A stretch of 63,894 nucleotides of DNA, filler included, from Alloascoidea hylecoeti (lineage: Eukaryota): assembly GCA_001600815.1 (NCBI GenBank). It is 8 parts of 5 records of this genome, joined end to end, with 100 filler letters (N's around TTAATTAATTAA, not from the genome) between each part and the next. Parts side by side here need not be neighbours in the genome. Positions count along the whole stretch, not along the records: positions 21,377 to 37,798 come from BCKZ01000002.1; positions 37,899 to 39,396 come from BCKZ01000003.1; positions 39,497 to 60,755 come from BCKZ01000003.1; 5 more parts are not named here. The stretch is one strand, 5' to 3'. The notes below the pieces were generated by a model. It was not told the DNA's origin, searched no databases, and saw only the letters and a program-made list of their open reading frames with translations. Positions 37,563-50,248 of the stretch are shown one piece after another (within the stretch, counting starts at the first letter, position 1; the number at the start of each line of letters is the position of its first letter). The translations under genes were made by a program, and so were the position numbers.

Positions 37563-37798
37563 CTACAAAGACATTATCAATGTTGTGAAAGAGAATAAGA
37601 AAAAAATAATAGAAGCACCGATCATTCCAGGCTTCACATCCATGATCGCTGCTTGTCCTTCATAAGGTGTGACACTCGGAGAAGAAGTTTCAGTTGTGGA
37701 TGAACCATAATAATCGGAGGCAGTTACAGTAGTATCTTGTTTCATGGTGAGGAATGGAGTACTAGTGGTAGTTTCAATATAATCATCAGATCCAGTTA
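37563..37798 (-). CDS. C-terminus of GPI-anchored Ser/Thr-rich protein emerging from gap
   Basis: S/T-rich, YEGQA omega-region motif, hydrophobic tail IGASIIFFLFSFTTLIMSL. Confidence 0.75.
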
Positions 37799-37898
37799 NN
37801 NNNNNNNNNNNNNNNNNNNNNNNNNNNNNNNNNNNNNNNNNNTTAATTAATTAANNNNNNNNNNNNNNNNNNNNNNNNNNNNNNNNNNNNNNNNNNNN

Positions 37899-37981
37899 GG
37901 GTCACAACATTGGGCGAGGTTCCTTTCCTTGACCCTAACTCTACAGGAAGAAGGGAAGCCCTTGGATTATCACTTGATTGA
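37899..37981 (+). CDS. C-terminus of a second JLP1-like TauD dioxygenase
   Basis: VTTLGEVPFLDPNSTGRREALGLSLD* vs VTSLAEVPFLDPNSKSQREALGLPL* of the 17987 gene. Confidence 0.8.
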
Positions 37982-38289
37982 GGGATAAATATAACACAAT
38001 TATATAATTGACATATTTTTTTTTGATATGCTTATAGCTATCCGAGTTTATGTTCACAATTAATATTTAGAACATTAAATTATAGCCCATGGTATCAATG
38101 CCGTAGCAGAATGTAAGCTTAATAGTATGTCTATGCATAGTATTGTCTACGTATAATTACTATAATATACCAATCCTCGACCTGAATTGTATATTTTACT
38201 GCATTCAATACTAATTGTTACCCATTAAAGGATCTAATCAATCTATCTTTTATACGAGACGTTATATACTCTGTTTTCATTTAATATTA

Positions 38290-38549
38290 CCGGCCATTTG
38301 AATAGCTTCAGATTGGCCAATTTTAAACTAGATATCTAGTGAATAGATGCACTAATTCTCGGCTCAGTTGATAAATATTTATCGGCCCTGAATGGACTGA
38401 TTATTTGGCTATGCTTGACAATATTATGTGACCGAATATTTTGCGAATATTCAGGCTGATATTTTTCAACAGAGCCGAGAATTAGTGCATCCATTGACTG
38501 GATATCTAGTTTAAAATTGGGCATAATATGAACTTCATCAAATGGCCGG
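38290..38549. mobile_element. MITE with ~90-bp TIRs, TA-flanked (Tc1/mariner-like)
   Basis: Left arm CCGGCCATTTG...CCAATTTTAAACTAGATATC...GATGCACTAATTCTCGGCTC.GTTGA mirrored at ~38459-38549; TA on both sides. Confidence 0.8.
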
Positions 38550-39496
38550 TAAGACTTAAAAAGTAGATTTATTTTCCATTATTCAAGAAAAATTTCCTCT
38601 TTGTATAATCTGAATATTTCCTATTAACTAACGAATAATACTTTTAATCATGCATGTCGCTATAATGGTACCACGTACAAATTATGACAATTGTGTTGGA
38701 GTGTTACTTATATGAATAAATTGGTTATCAATAGCGATAGACCATAACCTATACATACCTATATCTAAAATAGGAAAATAATAAGCAACAATGTTAAGAA
38801 ATAAATTCAAATTTTTGAATGTATGATTTTAAATTAATATAATTTATAATTGAAATGAGTAACTATAAAACTAGTTATACACGTATTGTAAATACCGTTT
38901 ACGGGTGCCACAAATAATACAACTAGCCTAGAGATTGCTTCAATCTCAATTGCTAGATGGTCTGGTATTCATGAAAAAGAGATAAGATACCATATAACCT
39001 ATATTATATCACAACTCAAAGATCCAACTGTAAAGCAGTGGCACTCATATGCACATATACATACATGTATAAATATATATCTAGATATATCTACATCAGA
39101 GAATTTATATTTATTTTATAAAATCAATAGCCTATATGCTATTAAGAATGATGTAAAATGTCGTTATTAATTGTAAACTAACCGTGCAAATCTTGATTGA
39201 GATTTTATAAATACTTATATCTAGAGAACCAATAACAGCTGCAGGATTATTGAGAAGCTTAATTATATTCATTTCCAATCAATCTATTTCCACCATTTAA
39301 AAATTTATAGCTTAACCAGTTTTTGATAGCTATCTATAATTACTAATTACTAATTAATATTACTAATTGGATGATTTGATGATCTTCTATTCGATGNNNN
39401 NNNNNNNNNNNNNNNNNNNNNNNNNNNNNNNNNNNNNNNNTTAATTAATTAANNNNNNNNNNNNNNNNNNNNNNNNNNNNNNNNNNNNNNNNNNNN

Positions 39497-41753
39497 TACG
39501 ATAAGTATCCCAAACACCTTCTTGTCTCGTTAAGGCAGCAACTGTTCTAATTGAAGAAGTAGCTTCACAAGCATAGGAAGCAGATTTTTCATAAGCCTTT
39601 TTACTTCTTTCTTCCAAGAAACTAATAATATAATATCGCATAAATCCACAACCCACAAGTATTGGAACAGTAGCAGTACAAACAAGTCCTAATCTCCAAT
39701 TAACAGAAATCGCTAAAATAATACCAGCAATTAAAGTTACAATAGAACATAATATTTGAGCTATGGTACCACCACCCAATCCTTCTACTTCTTGAGCATC
39801 TTTCGCAAGCATCGAGACTAAAGAACCAGAAGAGTTTTCATCATGATCAAAAAATTCAATATCTTGACGAGTTAATTGTTTAAAAACTGCCAATCGAATA
39901 TTTCGAACTAAATGTTCACTTGCATGAGCCATAACACTATTCATAATAAAAAAATTAATAAATTCAATAATTGCTAACATGAATAAAAACCAACAGTATT
40001 TATTAATTTCATGTCTCATCCATGGATATTGATCTTCAGTAACAGATAAAGCACCAACAATTTTTGCAAATAATACAGCCAAAGTCGGATAACCACCACC
40101 ACCAATAAAAGCACAAAATATACCAATTAATATTTGTGGAGTTTCATCACGATTTAAACTATAAATCAATTTCATTGATTGAATAAGTGTTGGTTTTCGA
40201 ACTTCTTCCTTTTTTTTTTTCAAAATGTTACTTGAAATTGACTTTGTTGTGTGAACTTTTTCTAATACATTTTTTTCCAAATCAATATCTACATCGGCAT
40301 GATACCCAGTTTCTTGAACATCTTCAAATTGATCACTTTCAATTATTGATTTTAAATCATCTTCATCATCTTCAATTGCACCTGAATTTAAGATAGTCTG
40401 GGCTTCAACAAGCCCATAATAAGCGCCTTTTCTTGAAATTAATTCTTCGTGCTTCCCTTGTTCAATAATTCTACCTTGAGTCATAACAANAATTTTATCA
40501 GCATCTTTAATTGTCGATAATCTATGAGCAATAACAATAGTAGTTCTTGATTTTGAAGCTTTATCTAATGCATCTTGAACAACTCCTTCAGATTTCGTAT
40601 CTAATGCAGATGTAGCTTCATCTAGTAACAAAATCTTTGGTTGTGATACAACAGCTCTTGCAATTGCAATTCTTTGTTTTTGACCTCCAGACATTAAAAA
40701 TCCACGTTCTCCAACATTTGTTTCTAATCCTTCTGGCATTTGATTTATAAAATCCCATGCATTTGCTTGTTTACATGCATCAATAATTAATTCTCTTTTT
40801 GTTTCTTCTAAAGCATTTTCATGAACAGTGCCAATTAATCCATAAGAAATATTCTCATAAATTGTACATGAGAACAAAACAGGTTCTTGTGAAACTAATG
40901 CAATTTGTTGTCTTAACCATTTAACATTTAATGATTTAATATCATGACCATCAATTAAAATTTCACCATCAACAGGATCATAGAATCTTTCTAATAAACC
41001 AATAATTGTTGATTTACCGGAACCTGAAGTACCGACTAGAGCAACAGTTTCACCAGGATTAACTTTTAAATTCATATCATGTAAAACCGTGACATTTGGT
41101 CTTGAAGGATAAATACATTTAACATGTTTTAATTCAATCTCACCTTTTAAACTATCATGATCAAATTTTAAGCCATCCTCATAATTATCAGATATAACTG
41201 AGGGCATTCTATCAATAGTACCAAATATTTTATTTGCAGCTCCTAAAGCAGTACCTATGGCCTGAAAATTTGGAGCCGCATTTCCCAGCGAGAAAGCACC
41301 AATAATGATAGCCATAACAGTAGTTATAACATCAGAAATACTAATGTCACCCCAAGCAATAAATCTAGATCCTTGCCAAAATGCCAATGAATAAGTTGAA
41401 TACATTATACACCAAATCATTCCAATCGCGCAAGCAAAAGAAAATCCTTTTTTAACGCCCCAATATCTGGAAATTACAATTTTTTCATCATATTGATTTG
41501 CTAAACGAGCTTGAGTACCAAAAGCAACAACATTTCTAATTGAAGAAAATACTTCTTCTGCAACAGATGAAGCTTCAGCATAGGTAACTAAACTTTTGTT
41601 TGTATATTTCATTATGAAATTAGAACCGACCGCCATACTACCAAANATAGCGATAATACTGCATACTAAAACACCCGTCATTTTAGCTGATTGAGTGAAA
41701 CCAATTACAAAAGCCGATAGAAATCGAGCTATACCTTCAACAATTAAACCAGC
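39497..41753 (-). CDS. ABCB/MDR P-glycoprotein, internal fragment (TMD1 end, NBD1, TMD2)
   Basis: [35 protein letters not shown]; bounded by gaps. Confidence 0.92.
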
Positions 41754-41853
41754 NNNNNNNNNNNNNNNNNNNNNNNNNNNNNNNNNNNNNNNNNNNNNNN
41801 NNNNNNNNNNNNNNNNNNNNNNNNNNNNNNNNNNNNNNNNNNNNNNNNNNNNN

Positions 41854-42047
41854 CAACTGATATGAGTAAAAAGTTTATCAAACAACTTGGTCTCAAAGTA
41901 GGTGATCAAGGTGAATATGGAGATCAAACGTTCAAGGTCTTAATCCCCGAAGAATCTGTCTCTTCTATTTTGAAAGTTTTGAGTGGTCTTACTATTGAAA
42001 GTTCCGGATCATTTTTAAATTATGATGGAGAATCTTTACCCTTCTAA
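41854..42047 (+). CDS. C-terminus of short-chain dehydrogenase (YKL071W/CsgA-like)
   Basis: TDMS...PEESVSSILKVLSGLTIESSGSFLNYDGESLPF*; paralogous to 50050-50248. Confidence 0.75.
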
Positions 42048-42922
42048 GTGTATTTCACATATTTACACCACTTATAATAGATAATTTGTTATATGCTAAT
42101 AGATATATTTATATTCATATTTATATTAAATATTTTTGGCCATTTTTATTAATACAATGAATTGAAATAACACAAAAATATATTTATTAATGAAATTTCT
42201 TTTGGTTATTACTTCCTTTGATAAAATTTAAGACTAAGAGTTAGGTTCAAAAATTCTGGCCTGACAACAGTAGAGCTAAAAAGCACACCTCTTAAATATC
42301 AATACACTGACATTATAAAAAACTAGAATAGAAGCCAAAAAAAAAAAAAACTAAACCTCCTCTCTCGAAAGTTCCGGGAAAAAGTAGTCCATAGAGTAGA
42401 ATTACATCATTCATTTAATAAAACTACCATTTTAGCTGGATGAGATATAAGCATTGAGAACCTGAGCTAAAGGCAATATTAATTGATTAATCCGGTTATA
42501 AGTCATTGTGTTCTAGAGCTTATAAATCATCTACAATTGGGGATCACTTTATTATCTTTACAGTTACTGGTCTGTGTGGTTAGTTCACTCTCATTTTTAA
42601 ACCAGATTTATTTGGTGTCACAACAGTTTTGATACACACAATTTTTTGAATATCTCATTTGATTGGGTATAACTTATATATGTCAGTAAATTTTAAAGAA
42701 AGATTTATTTTAAACGCTATATATTTATCATAATAAGTATTTATGAGAATAAATCAAAATAAAGTAAAAGCTTAATCATTTGCATAGTAACAATAGGTAA
42801 TACTAGCCACAAATATAATATTTATAAATATTATTCTAAAATAATGAGAATGAAGTGTTTAGCACCAAGGTAAATTAAAATATAAAAAGACAAATATTTT
42901 TTGATAAATTATAAATTTATGA

Positions 42923-43279
42923 TTAATTTTCTAATGCCTGTAATCTGACTAATTCATAGTATCTTAATTTATTATTCATCAATTGTTCATGAGTACCTTG
43001 TTCTAAAATCTTTCCATTTTCAAAAACATAAATTATATCTGCATGTTGAATAGTACTAAGTCGATGAGCAACTGCAATTGTAGTTCTTCCTTGAGCCGCT
43101 GCATCAATAGCTTGTTGCACAATCTTTTCTGATTCAGAATCTAAAGCACTTGTTGCTTCATCTAATAATAAAATCTTGGGGTTTCTAATTAATGCTCTTG
43201 CAATTGCAATTCGTTGTTTTTGTCCACCTGATAATAATGTACCTTTTGAACCACACATTGTGTCATAACCATTTGGTAA
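42923..43279 (-). CDS. ABCB/MDR transporter C-terminus (NBD2)
   Basis: [36 protein letters not shown], stop at 42923. Confidence 0.9.
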   Translation of the reverse strand, partial: LPNGYDTMCGSKGTLLSGGQKQRIAIARALIRNPKILLLDEATSALDSESEKIVQQAIDAAAQGRTTIAVAHRLSTIQHADIIYVFENGKILEQGTHEQLMNNKLRYYELVRLQALEN

Positions 43280-43936
43280 NNNNNNNNNNNNNNNNNNNNN
43301 NNNNNNNNNNNNNNNNNNNNNNNNNNNNNNNNNNNNNNNNNNNNNNNNNNNNNNNNNNNNNNNNNNNNNNNNNNNNNNNNNNNNNNNNNNNNNNNNNNNN
43401 NNNNNNNNNNNNNNNNNNNNNNNNNNNNNNNNNNNNNNNNNNNNNNNNNNNNNNNNNNNNNNNNNNNNNNNNNNNNNNNNNNNNNNNNNNNNNNNNNNNN
43501 NNNNNNNNNNNNNNNNNNNNNNNNNNNNNNNNNNNNNNNNNNNNNNNNNNNNNNNNNNNNNNNNNNNNNNNNNNNNNNNNNNNNNNNNNNNNNNNNNNNN
43601 NNNNNNNNNNNNNNNNNNNNNNNNNNNNNNNNNNNNNNNNNNNNNNNNNNNNNNNNNNNNNNNNNNNNNNNNNNNNNNNNNNNNNNNNNNNNNNNNNNNN
43701 NNNNNNNNNNNNNNNNNNNNNNNNNNNNNNNNNNNNNNNNNNNNNNNNNNNNNNNNNNNNNNNNNNNNNNNNNNNNNNNNNNNNNNNNNNNNNNNNNNNN
43801 NNNNNNNNNNNNNNNNNNNNNNNNNNNNNNNNNNNNNNNNNNNNNNNNNNNNNNNNNNNNNNNNNNNNNNNNNNNNNNNNNNNNNNNNNNNNNNNNNNNN
43901 NNNNNNNNNNNNNNNNNNNNNNNNNNNNNNNNNNNN

Positions 43937-44094
43937 CGACGTAATATTTCAGCTTCATTTGGGGGTAAATCTTTAAAAGTGTCAATATTTTCATCTTTTT
44001 CTATTCTGGAATTTGATTCCTTTGAGTTTGACATGGGATCAGTGACTGAAGAAGTAGACAACTTTGAAGATATAGAGGATGGTAGTAATACCAT
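43937..44094 (-). CDS. ABCB/MDR transporter N-terminus
   Basis: Nearly identical to the start of 46462; runs into gap. Confidence 0.85.
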
Positions 44095-44879
44095 ATTAAA
44101 AAGATATTTGATGAAGCAAAAAAGGAAGGAATAAGGTTTCTATATAGTTGAAGGTTTCAGCCGTGTGGTCACAATTAAAGCGCGTTAAATCCGTCCGAAT
44201 ACCGGCTGCATATTTCGTAAATTTTTGTTGGCCAATGATGAATATTATTAAGATCCAATATATAATATCTATGAGAGTAACTCTAGTTCAAAATAGTATA
44301 AAATATTAGAGAGACCAGGCTTAATGGATGTAGGTTATGTCTTATAATTAGCGTCTGATCGAGTCATCAGAAATAAGTTTAAATGAAGAGATTGCATTTT
44401 TCTATTTCATATCATATTCATTATGTAAATATAGTGTCTTCCTCAGAACCTGGTAGACACGTATGATTGTTGATGGAATATGCTGATAATATATTCATGT
44501 TTTGCATAAATTTGTTAAACAATTGCAATGTTTAAACGGGAGACCTAAATCTTTTGCACCGCCCTTTGTCTTCATTAATAAATTACAATTGTTAAAATAT
44601 AATAAAAGATATACTAACTGTATTCTGTTCAAGATGACAATTATATGCAATTGTGTATTCCTTAGAATTTGTAAATAATCTATACAGTTAGGTGCTACTC
44701 AGAAGCGCGTAAGCCTCTTGATAAACTTTAATTTAGAGTATCTCATGTATTAATCATTTTTAAGCCATTCGAATATGAATGATTTGGCTGACCACAGAAA
44801 AAGTAATCTTTCGTTCATTTGGTCGTAACATGCCATACCTGTTCTGAAACTGATTTTTTGATGAAGTCACTGGTGCCTA

Positions 44880-45780
44880 TATCAAAAAAGTACCACACCA
44901 GGTAAACAATACCTTGTATTCAAGGGTTTCTAGAATTTATTTTCCAGCGGGACAATGATCAATTTAATAAATCAAAGAATTCAAGAGGAAAATATATTTG
45001 AATTGCAGTGTTAAACCTGCGAGATGTCTAGACCTAAATTCTATCGAAAACCGTTCGGCAGAGGCTCAAACTTATTTCAGGAAACAACCAAACATAATTA
45101 GATTCAGTGGAAGTTAGAACATGAGGAATTGTCTCTCAGAAGTATTTTCAGAGTAATGAGGTCAGTCAGATGAATCACTTCCTGACAGTCTCGAAGCATA
45201 CTCATTGCGTCATGCCAAAACTAAACTAGTTGTCGCGACAAAAGGAGGGTATATTCACCGCTAGAATAGTCTCCAGGAATATTTAAACAGGTTATGGAAC
45301 GTGCTTGATATGTTATTTAGTAATGGTTCCTTGAGAATTTCTCCTTTAATCAAAATATTGTTTATAAATTTTATGTTTTTCAGAGTGAGGGAAAGTTGGT
45401 CTAACATCCAGCCGCACACTAAGCGTAAAAAAACTGCAGGTTCCTTGGTTGTTATAGTTACGTAAAATTGAATTAACTCTAGTTCGAATACACTCATCAA
45501 GATTCATAAATTATAGTGATCAATCAACAGCGCTGCCACCTTTGACCATTACCTGCGTGTGCCCAAATATCTCATCCCCCTAAGAAATAGAAGGTTCTTG
45601 TTTTGCCTTATTAAACTGGGGTGATTTTATAAGTATAGGTTATTCGTTAGGAACGGCATGGGAATGGCGGTTTCTTTTTGTCATGGGATCGTTAGGGTTC
45701 AGTTGGGTACATACTACAAACAGTTGCGTTATCCACTCTCCAACGTCGATTGTCCTTTTGCCGCTTTGAATATTTTTGTC
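44880..45780 (-). mobile_element. Decayed Fot1/pogo-like transposase remnant
   Basis: 45455-45775 (rc) aligns by eye with 61292-61580 (ATTCAAAGC.G.AAAAGGACAATCGA; GDEIFGHTQVMVKGGSAVD..FMNLDECIRTRVNSILR); many stops. Left boundary approximate. Confidence 0.6.
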
Positions 45781-46462
45781 ATTGATGAGTGAAACCAATT
45801 ACAAAAGCCGATAGAAATCGAGCTATACCTTCAACAATTAAACCAGCCTTTTCTGAAATACCATCCTGAATTAATCTTGTATCAGTACTAATTCTTNCTG
45901 TAANTTCACCAGCTCCAATATCATCAAAGAATCCAATATTTTGATGTAATATAGCATATAAATAANGTTGTCTAACTCTACNAGTCAACAATTCACCAAT
46001 AATGACATGTAAGCATGTATGTAAATATGCGAATACACTAACTCCAATTCCTATATAAAGGAAATATAAGGCATAATGATTAACATCACGCTGGAACCCA
46101 TCAGGATCATCACCAGTAGCCATGAAATCAGCCATTCTTTGAGTTAATTGACCAACAATAATAGTCATCAAAGGTAGCAAAGCACCAGCAATTATTGAAG
46201 ATAAATAAGCCGCAATTAACAGAACATAATCCCACTTACCACCTTGACCAATATAACGATACAATGTGGTAATAGAAGCATTAAATTCCGGAGTTTCTAC
46301 TTGACGACGTAATATTTCAGCTTCATTTGGGGGTAAATCTTTAAAAGTGTCAATATTTTCATCTTTTTCTATTCTGGAATTTGATTCCTTTGAGTTTGAT
46401 ATGGGATCAGTGACTGAAGAAGTAGACAACTTTGAAGATATAGAGGATGGTAGTAATATCAT
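45779..46462 (-). pseudogene. Truncated ABCB/MDR copy
   Basis: Homology stops after FVIGFT and abuts the transposase remnant with no gap between them. Confidence 0.75.
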
Positions 46463-47061
46463 ATTAAAAAGATATATGATGAAGCAAAAAATGTAATTGA
46501 TTAGTTTTGTTTATATTTATAGAAAGTATAGTTCAGGGTTTCAACCGTGTCGTTACAATTAAAACTATAACTCCGATTAACGGCCGCACATTCCGTAAAG
46601 TGCGATAACTCCCAATAGTCCTTGCAATATTCCGTAAAATTTTGGTGGCGAATGATGAAGGTATTATATAATGTAGTGATATTAACTCTATCTCAACATA
46701 GTGTAAAGTTGTAAGCTATTCAGAAGCTCTGGGTTAACACTGTCCCATGTCTCAATGTGTAGTTGAGTTATCAGTAAAAGGTTTTAAATAAACGAATTGT
46801 CTCTTTCTATTCTATCAGCCTCATTTTTATAATGCATTTTGTAAAAACGGTGTCTTCCTTAACTTGGTAAACACGTATAATTATAATTGTTGATGGAGTT
46901 CTTCAATATATGCATATGAATATGTTAAACTACAGACCTAATTATAAACCTTTCGTACCACGCTTTATCTCCATTAATAATTTACAATGAATTGTTGAAA
47001 TATTATAAAAAGATAAATTTCTTGATTTTTGATCAAGATGAACAGTATGTTGGACTGTATT

Positions 47062-47150
47062 TGTTAAAGTTCAAAGTGCCTGTTCCCAGTTGCGTCAAAA
47101 AGCCAATCGACTGTTTAGTGAACTGTTATAAGAGTGTAATATATCCAACA
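47062..47150. mobile_element. 89-bp solo-LTR-like insertion
   Basis: TGTT...AACA ends, exact 5-bp TSD GTATT, absent from the paralogous promoter at ~44650-44680. Confidence 0.8.
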
Positions 47151-49384
47151 GTATTGATTAGAATTTGTTAATATTCTTTGTACAGCTAAGGTGCTACACT
47201 CCGAGATGTAAACCTATTAACGATTCGCTGACTTAGCTGATCACAGAAAAAATGCGATATCTCGTCCATTTTGTCGGTGCAGGTAATTTCTGTTATGAAA
47301 CTGGCTTTGTAATGAAGCCACTGATGGTAAACTTCCTTTTTCCATATATTCATAACCTACAAGGTGCATGAGGTTCCTTTACGAAAGGAAGGAAAATACA
47401 AAAAATAAAAAGACACCCTTTTCAATAGTTTCTGCAAACTGGAAATAAAATTAAAAATATTAGCTTCTGTTTACCCATAGATCGTCAATTGGAGAATCAG
47501 TTAATACCTTAAGGTGTTTTATAATACCAGCTCCTCTCATGGCTACGCTAGTTTAGCCTATATGATTCACATCAATGATTAATTATAGCTGCTTGAGAAA
47601 AGAAAGTTCTTGATCTTCTTTTTCTAATCATGCTATTTATAGAGTTATAAATTGAGTAGTTGTAGCTTAACCATTAGAAATATATCTATTTTTTTAATAA
47701 AAAGGAAAAAGTTTATCTATGAAAAATTGCTGAACACAAAAATATAGAAAAGAATTTTATGGTGGAGGCATTAGAATTAAGAAAAAGTGTCAGATATGCC
47801 GGAATATCACTAGAATATTAACGGAATTTCATATGATGGGGCACATTTTATCTAAATATCTGAGAAAGTAATGGACACAATCAAAAAAAGAATTTAAAAG
47901 TGAAAGAACTATATTAAAATATAAGTGATAAAGGAAGAAAAAAAAAGATTACCGGGTATTGATATTTAATTAAGAGATAGAGTTTTTAGTATATGATTAT
48001 GAGTTAAGTAGTTTCCAGTAATTTTTTTCTTTTGAAGTAATCTTTTAGTACACTAGTAGATATCTAGATCCAGGAGCAGGGGATATGCTGGAAATTCCGC
48101 TATAAGATGTTATACAAAAATTGAACCTTGCTTAATGCCTATTTTCGATATATTACCCAAGTAGGTAATAATGTGGTAAATATCACATTACTACTCCTGC
48201 GAATGAAGAGAAAGGTCCATATTTGAATAGAGCACTGAGCTTCAACGCAAGAGAATGAGAATTAAATAAGACGACATAATTTTTAATTGCTATTTAACTA
48301 TGCACTATCGTCATTAAGTAGTCATGTAGTTCTGTTGGTTCTGGTTTTAAAAGAGTGTGTAAGGATAAGTCCGTATATGTATTTTGAGCGCCTAAGAATT
48401 CAGCTTAATTCAGGATAAGTCTTTTTAAGTATATAAATAGTTTAAATAGTTTCATTTCTTAAGTTCTTTAGCTTTTGTTTTTATATTTCACAATTATACA
48501 AAACGTCAAAGCTTCAACACTGACCTTAACATAACACTGCATACATAAAAATTTAATAATTGAAGAAGCCAATTACATAGTGGCTGTTATTGATGATCCA
48601 AATTTAAACCTTTGTCACGATCAGATGTCATGGAACTAACTTGCAAAATGTATTAAATCTCTGATACGGAAATATTATCTATATTCTAAGATGTTTAGTT
48701 ACAGAGGTTTCAACGCAAAAGTTCAAGAAAACTTTGATTCGTTTTGCAATGAACTCTAACTCAGGAAGATTTAACAAACCAGTCTTTTTTAGATATGATG
48801 AATTGCTGTACTTTATTTATAACAAGAGGTGATATAAAGAAGTCTCAACTACACAAAATGTCAACATCTGGTTATAGAGCATTGTTGGAATTCAAAAGTA
48901 TATGATTCAAATCAGAGATGGATTTAGTTCAAAGACTCCTCCACTCAATGTTGTGACCTTTACTAGAATTTCCATGTGCTTTCCATTATTTAGCCTGAAA
49001 TTATTGGACAAATGAAAGGCTATTCCAACAGTAGCAAATAGTTTAGACGCCTTATTAATGTTCCGGAAGCATTTCAATTTCTTGATTTTATTTCATTAAT
49101 TAATTCTGAAAAGGATGATTCGTCAAAGAAGAAAGCTGTTAAAATGATATTGTTACAATGCTGTTTGAAAAGAAATCTATTAATGATAAAGGCTTGAGAA
49201 TGAATACTCTACCTTCGGTTTAAATTTCACATCATTATACAACAGTTTTGAATTCTAAGGCAGAGGAAGTATGATTATAAATAAAATTCAATCCCTTTCC
49301 TTTTTCTTATTCATAAGCTTGAGTTAATTCATATTAAATTTAAACTAACCTTTATATCAAACTCCCCCTATTAAAATTCTGAAA

Positions 49385-50248
49385 ATGACAAAGGTATATT
49401 TTATCTCTGGTGGAAATAGAAGAATTGGGTTTTCCTTTGTTAAATAATTATCTTTACATGCTGATAATCTAGTTATCGCCTCTGCAAGAAATCCAGATAA
49501 AGCTACAGAGTTACAAGAATGGTCTAAGGAACATCCTAATACCAAAATTGTCAAACTTGATGTTTCAAACGAGGACAGACAGTATTACCAGTTTACCGAG
49601 CAAGTTTCTAAGTTCACTGATGGAATTGACGTTTTAATTTCAAACACTGGAGTTGGTTTTGAGCAATACAGATCAATACTAGAAACCCCAGTTTCTGAAA
49701 TTAGCAAATATTGTTAAAGTTCAAAGTGCCTGTTCTCCCAGTTGCGCCAAAAAGCCAATCGACTCTTTAGTGAACTGTTCTAAGAGTGTAATATATATCC
49801 AACAAATATATCACAGTCAACTCAATTGGAGCAGTTTTACTTGTTAAAACACTTAGTCCGTTTCTATCAAAACAGATTTCTTCTAAAATAATCTTCATTT
49901 CTAGTGTTTCTAGATCTATTGCTTCAACGACATGTGATATGGTTGCAGCATATGGGGCATCTAAAGCAGCGCTTAATTATTATATGAAGGTGTTATCTAC
50001 AACTTTAAAGAATGATGGTACTATTGTTGCTTCAATTCACCCAGGCACAGTAGTAACCGATATGAGTGAGAAATTGCTTAAAGCATCAGGTTTTTAAAGA
50101 AGGTGGTCAACTTGAGTTTGCAGGTCGTACATTCAAGATTTTGACCCCTGATGAGTCTGTTTCTTCTATTTTGAAAGTTATAGGTGGTTTACCTATTGAA
50201 TCTTCCGGATCATTTTTAGATTATGATGGAGAACCTTTACCATTCTAA
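49385..50248 (+). pseudogene. Short-chain dehydrogenase pseudogene (YKL071W/CsgA-like)
   Basis: MTKVYFISGGNRRIGF, YGASKAALNY, IHPGTVVTDM; premature TAA at 49445, element insertion at 49712, frameshift near 50095. Confidence 0.85.
49712..49804. mobile_element. 93-bp solo-LTR-like insertion, same family as 47062
   Basis: TGTT...AACA, exact 5-bp TSD AATAT; removing it restores the SDR frame (EISKY|ITVNSIG). Confidence 0.82.

Noticed and set aside
39441..41927. 828-aa ORF starting at 41927
   Set aside because: The start lies antisense to an SDR fragment across a gap; not a true N-terminus.
43189..44094. Long ORFs spanning the N run
   Set aside because: Artefacts of translating N; only the flanking ABCB pieces are real.
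47700..49200. Coding-like decayed sequence (also 51200-52330, 22700-23200)
   Set aside because: May be relics, but no motif could be identified with confidence.
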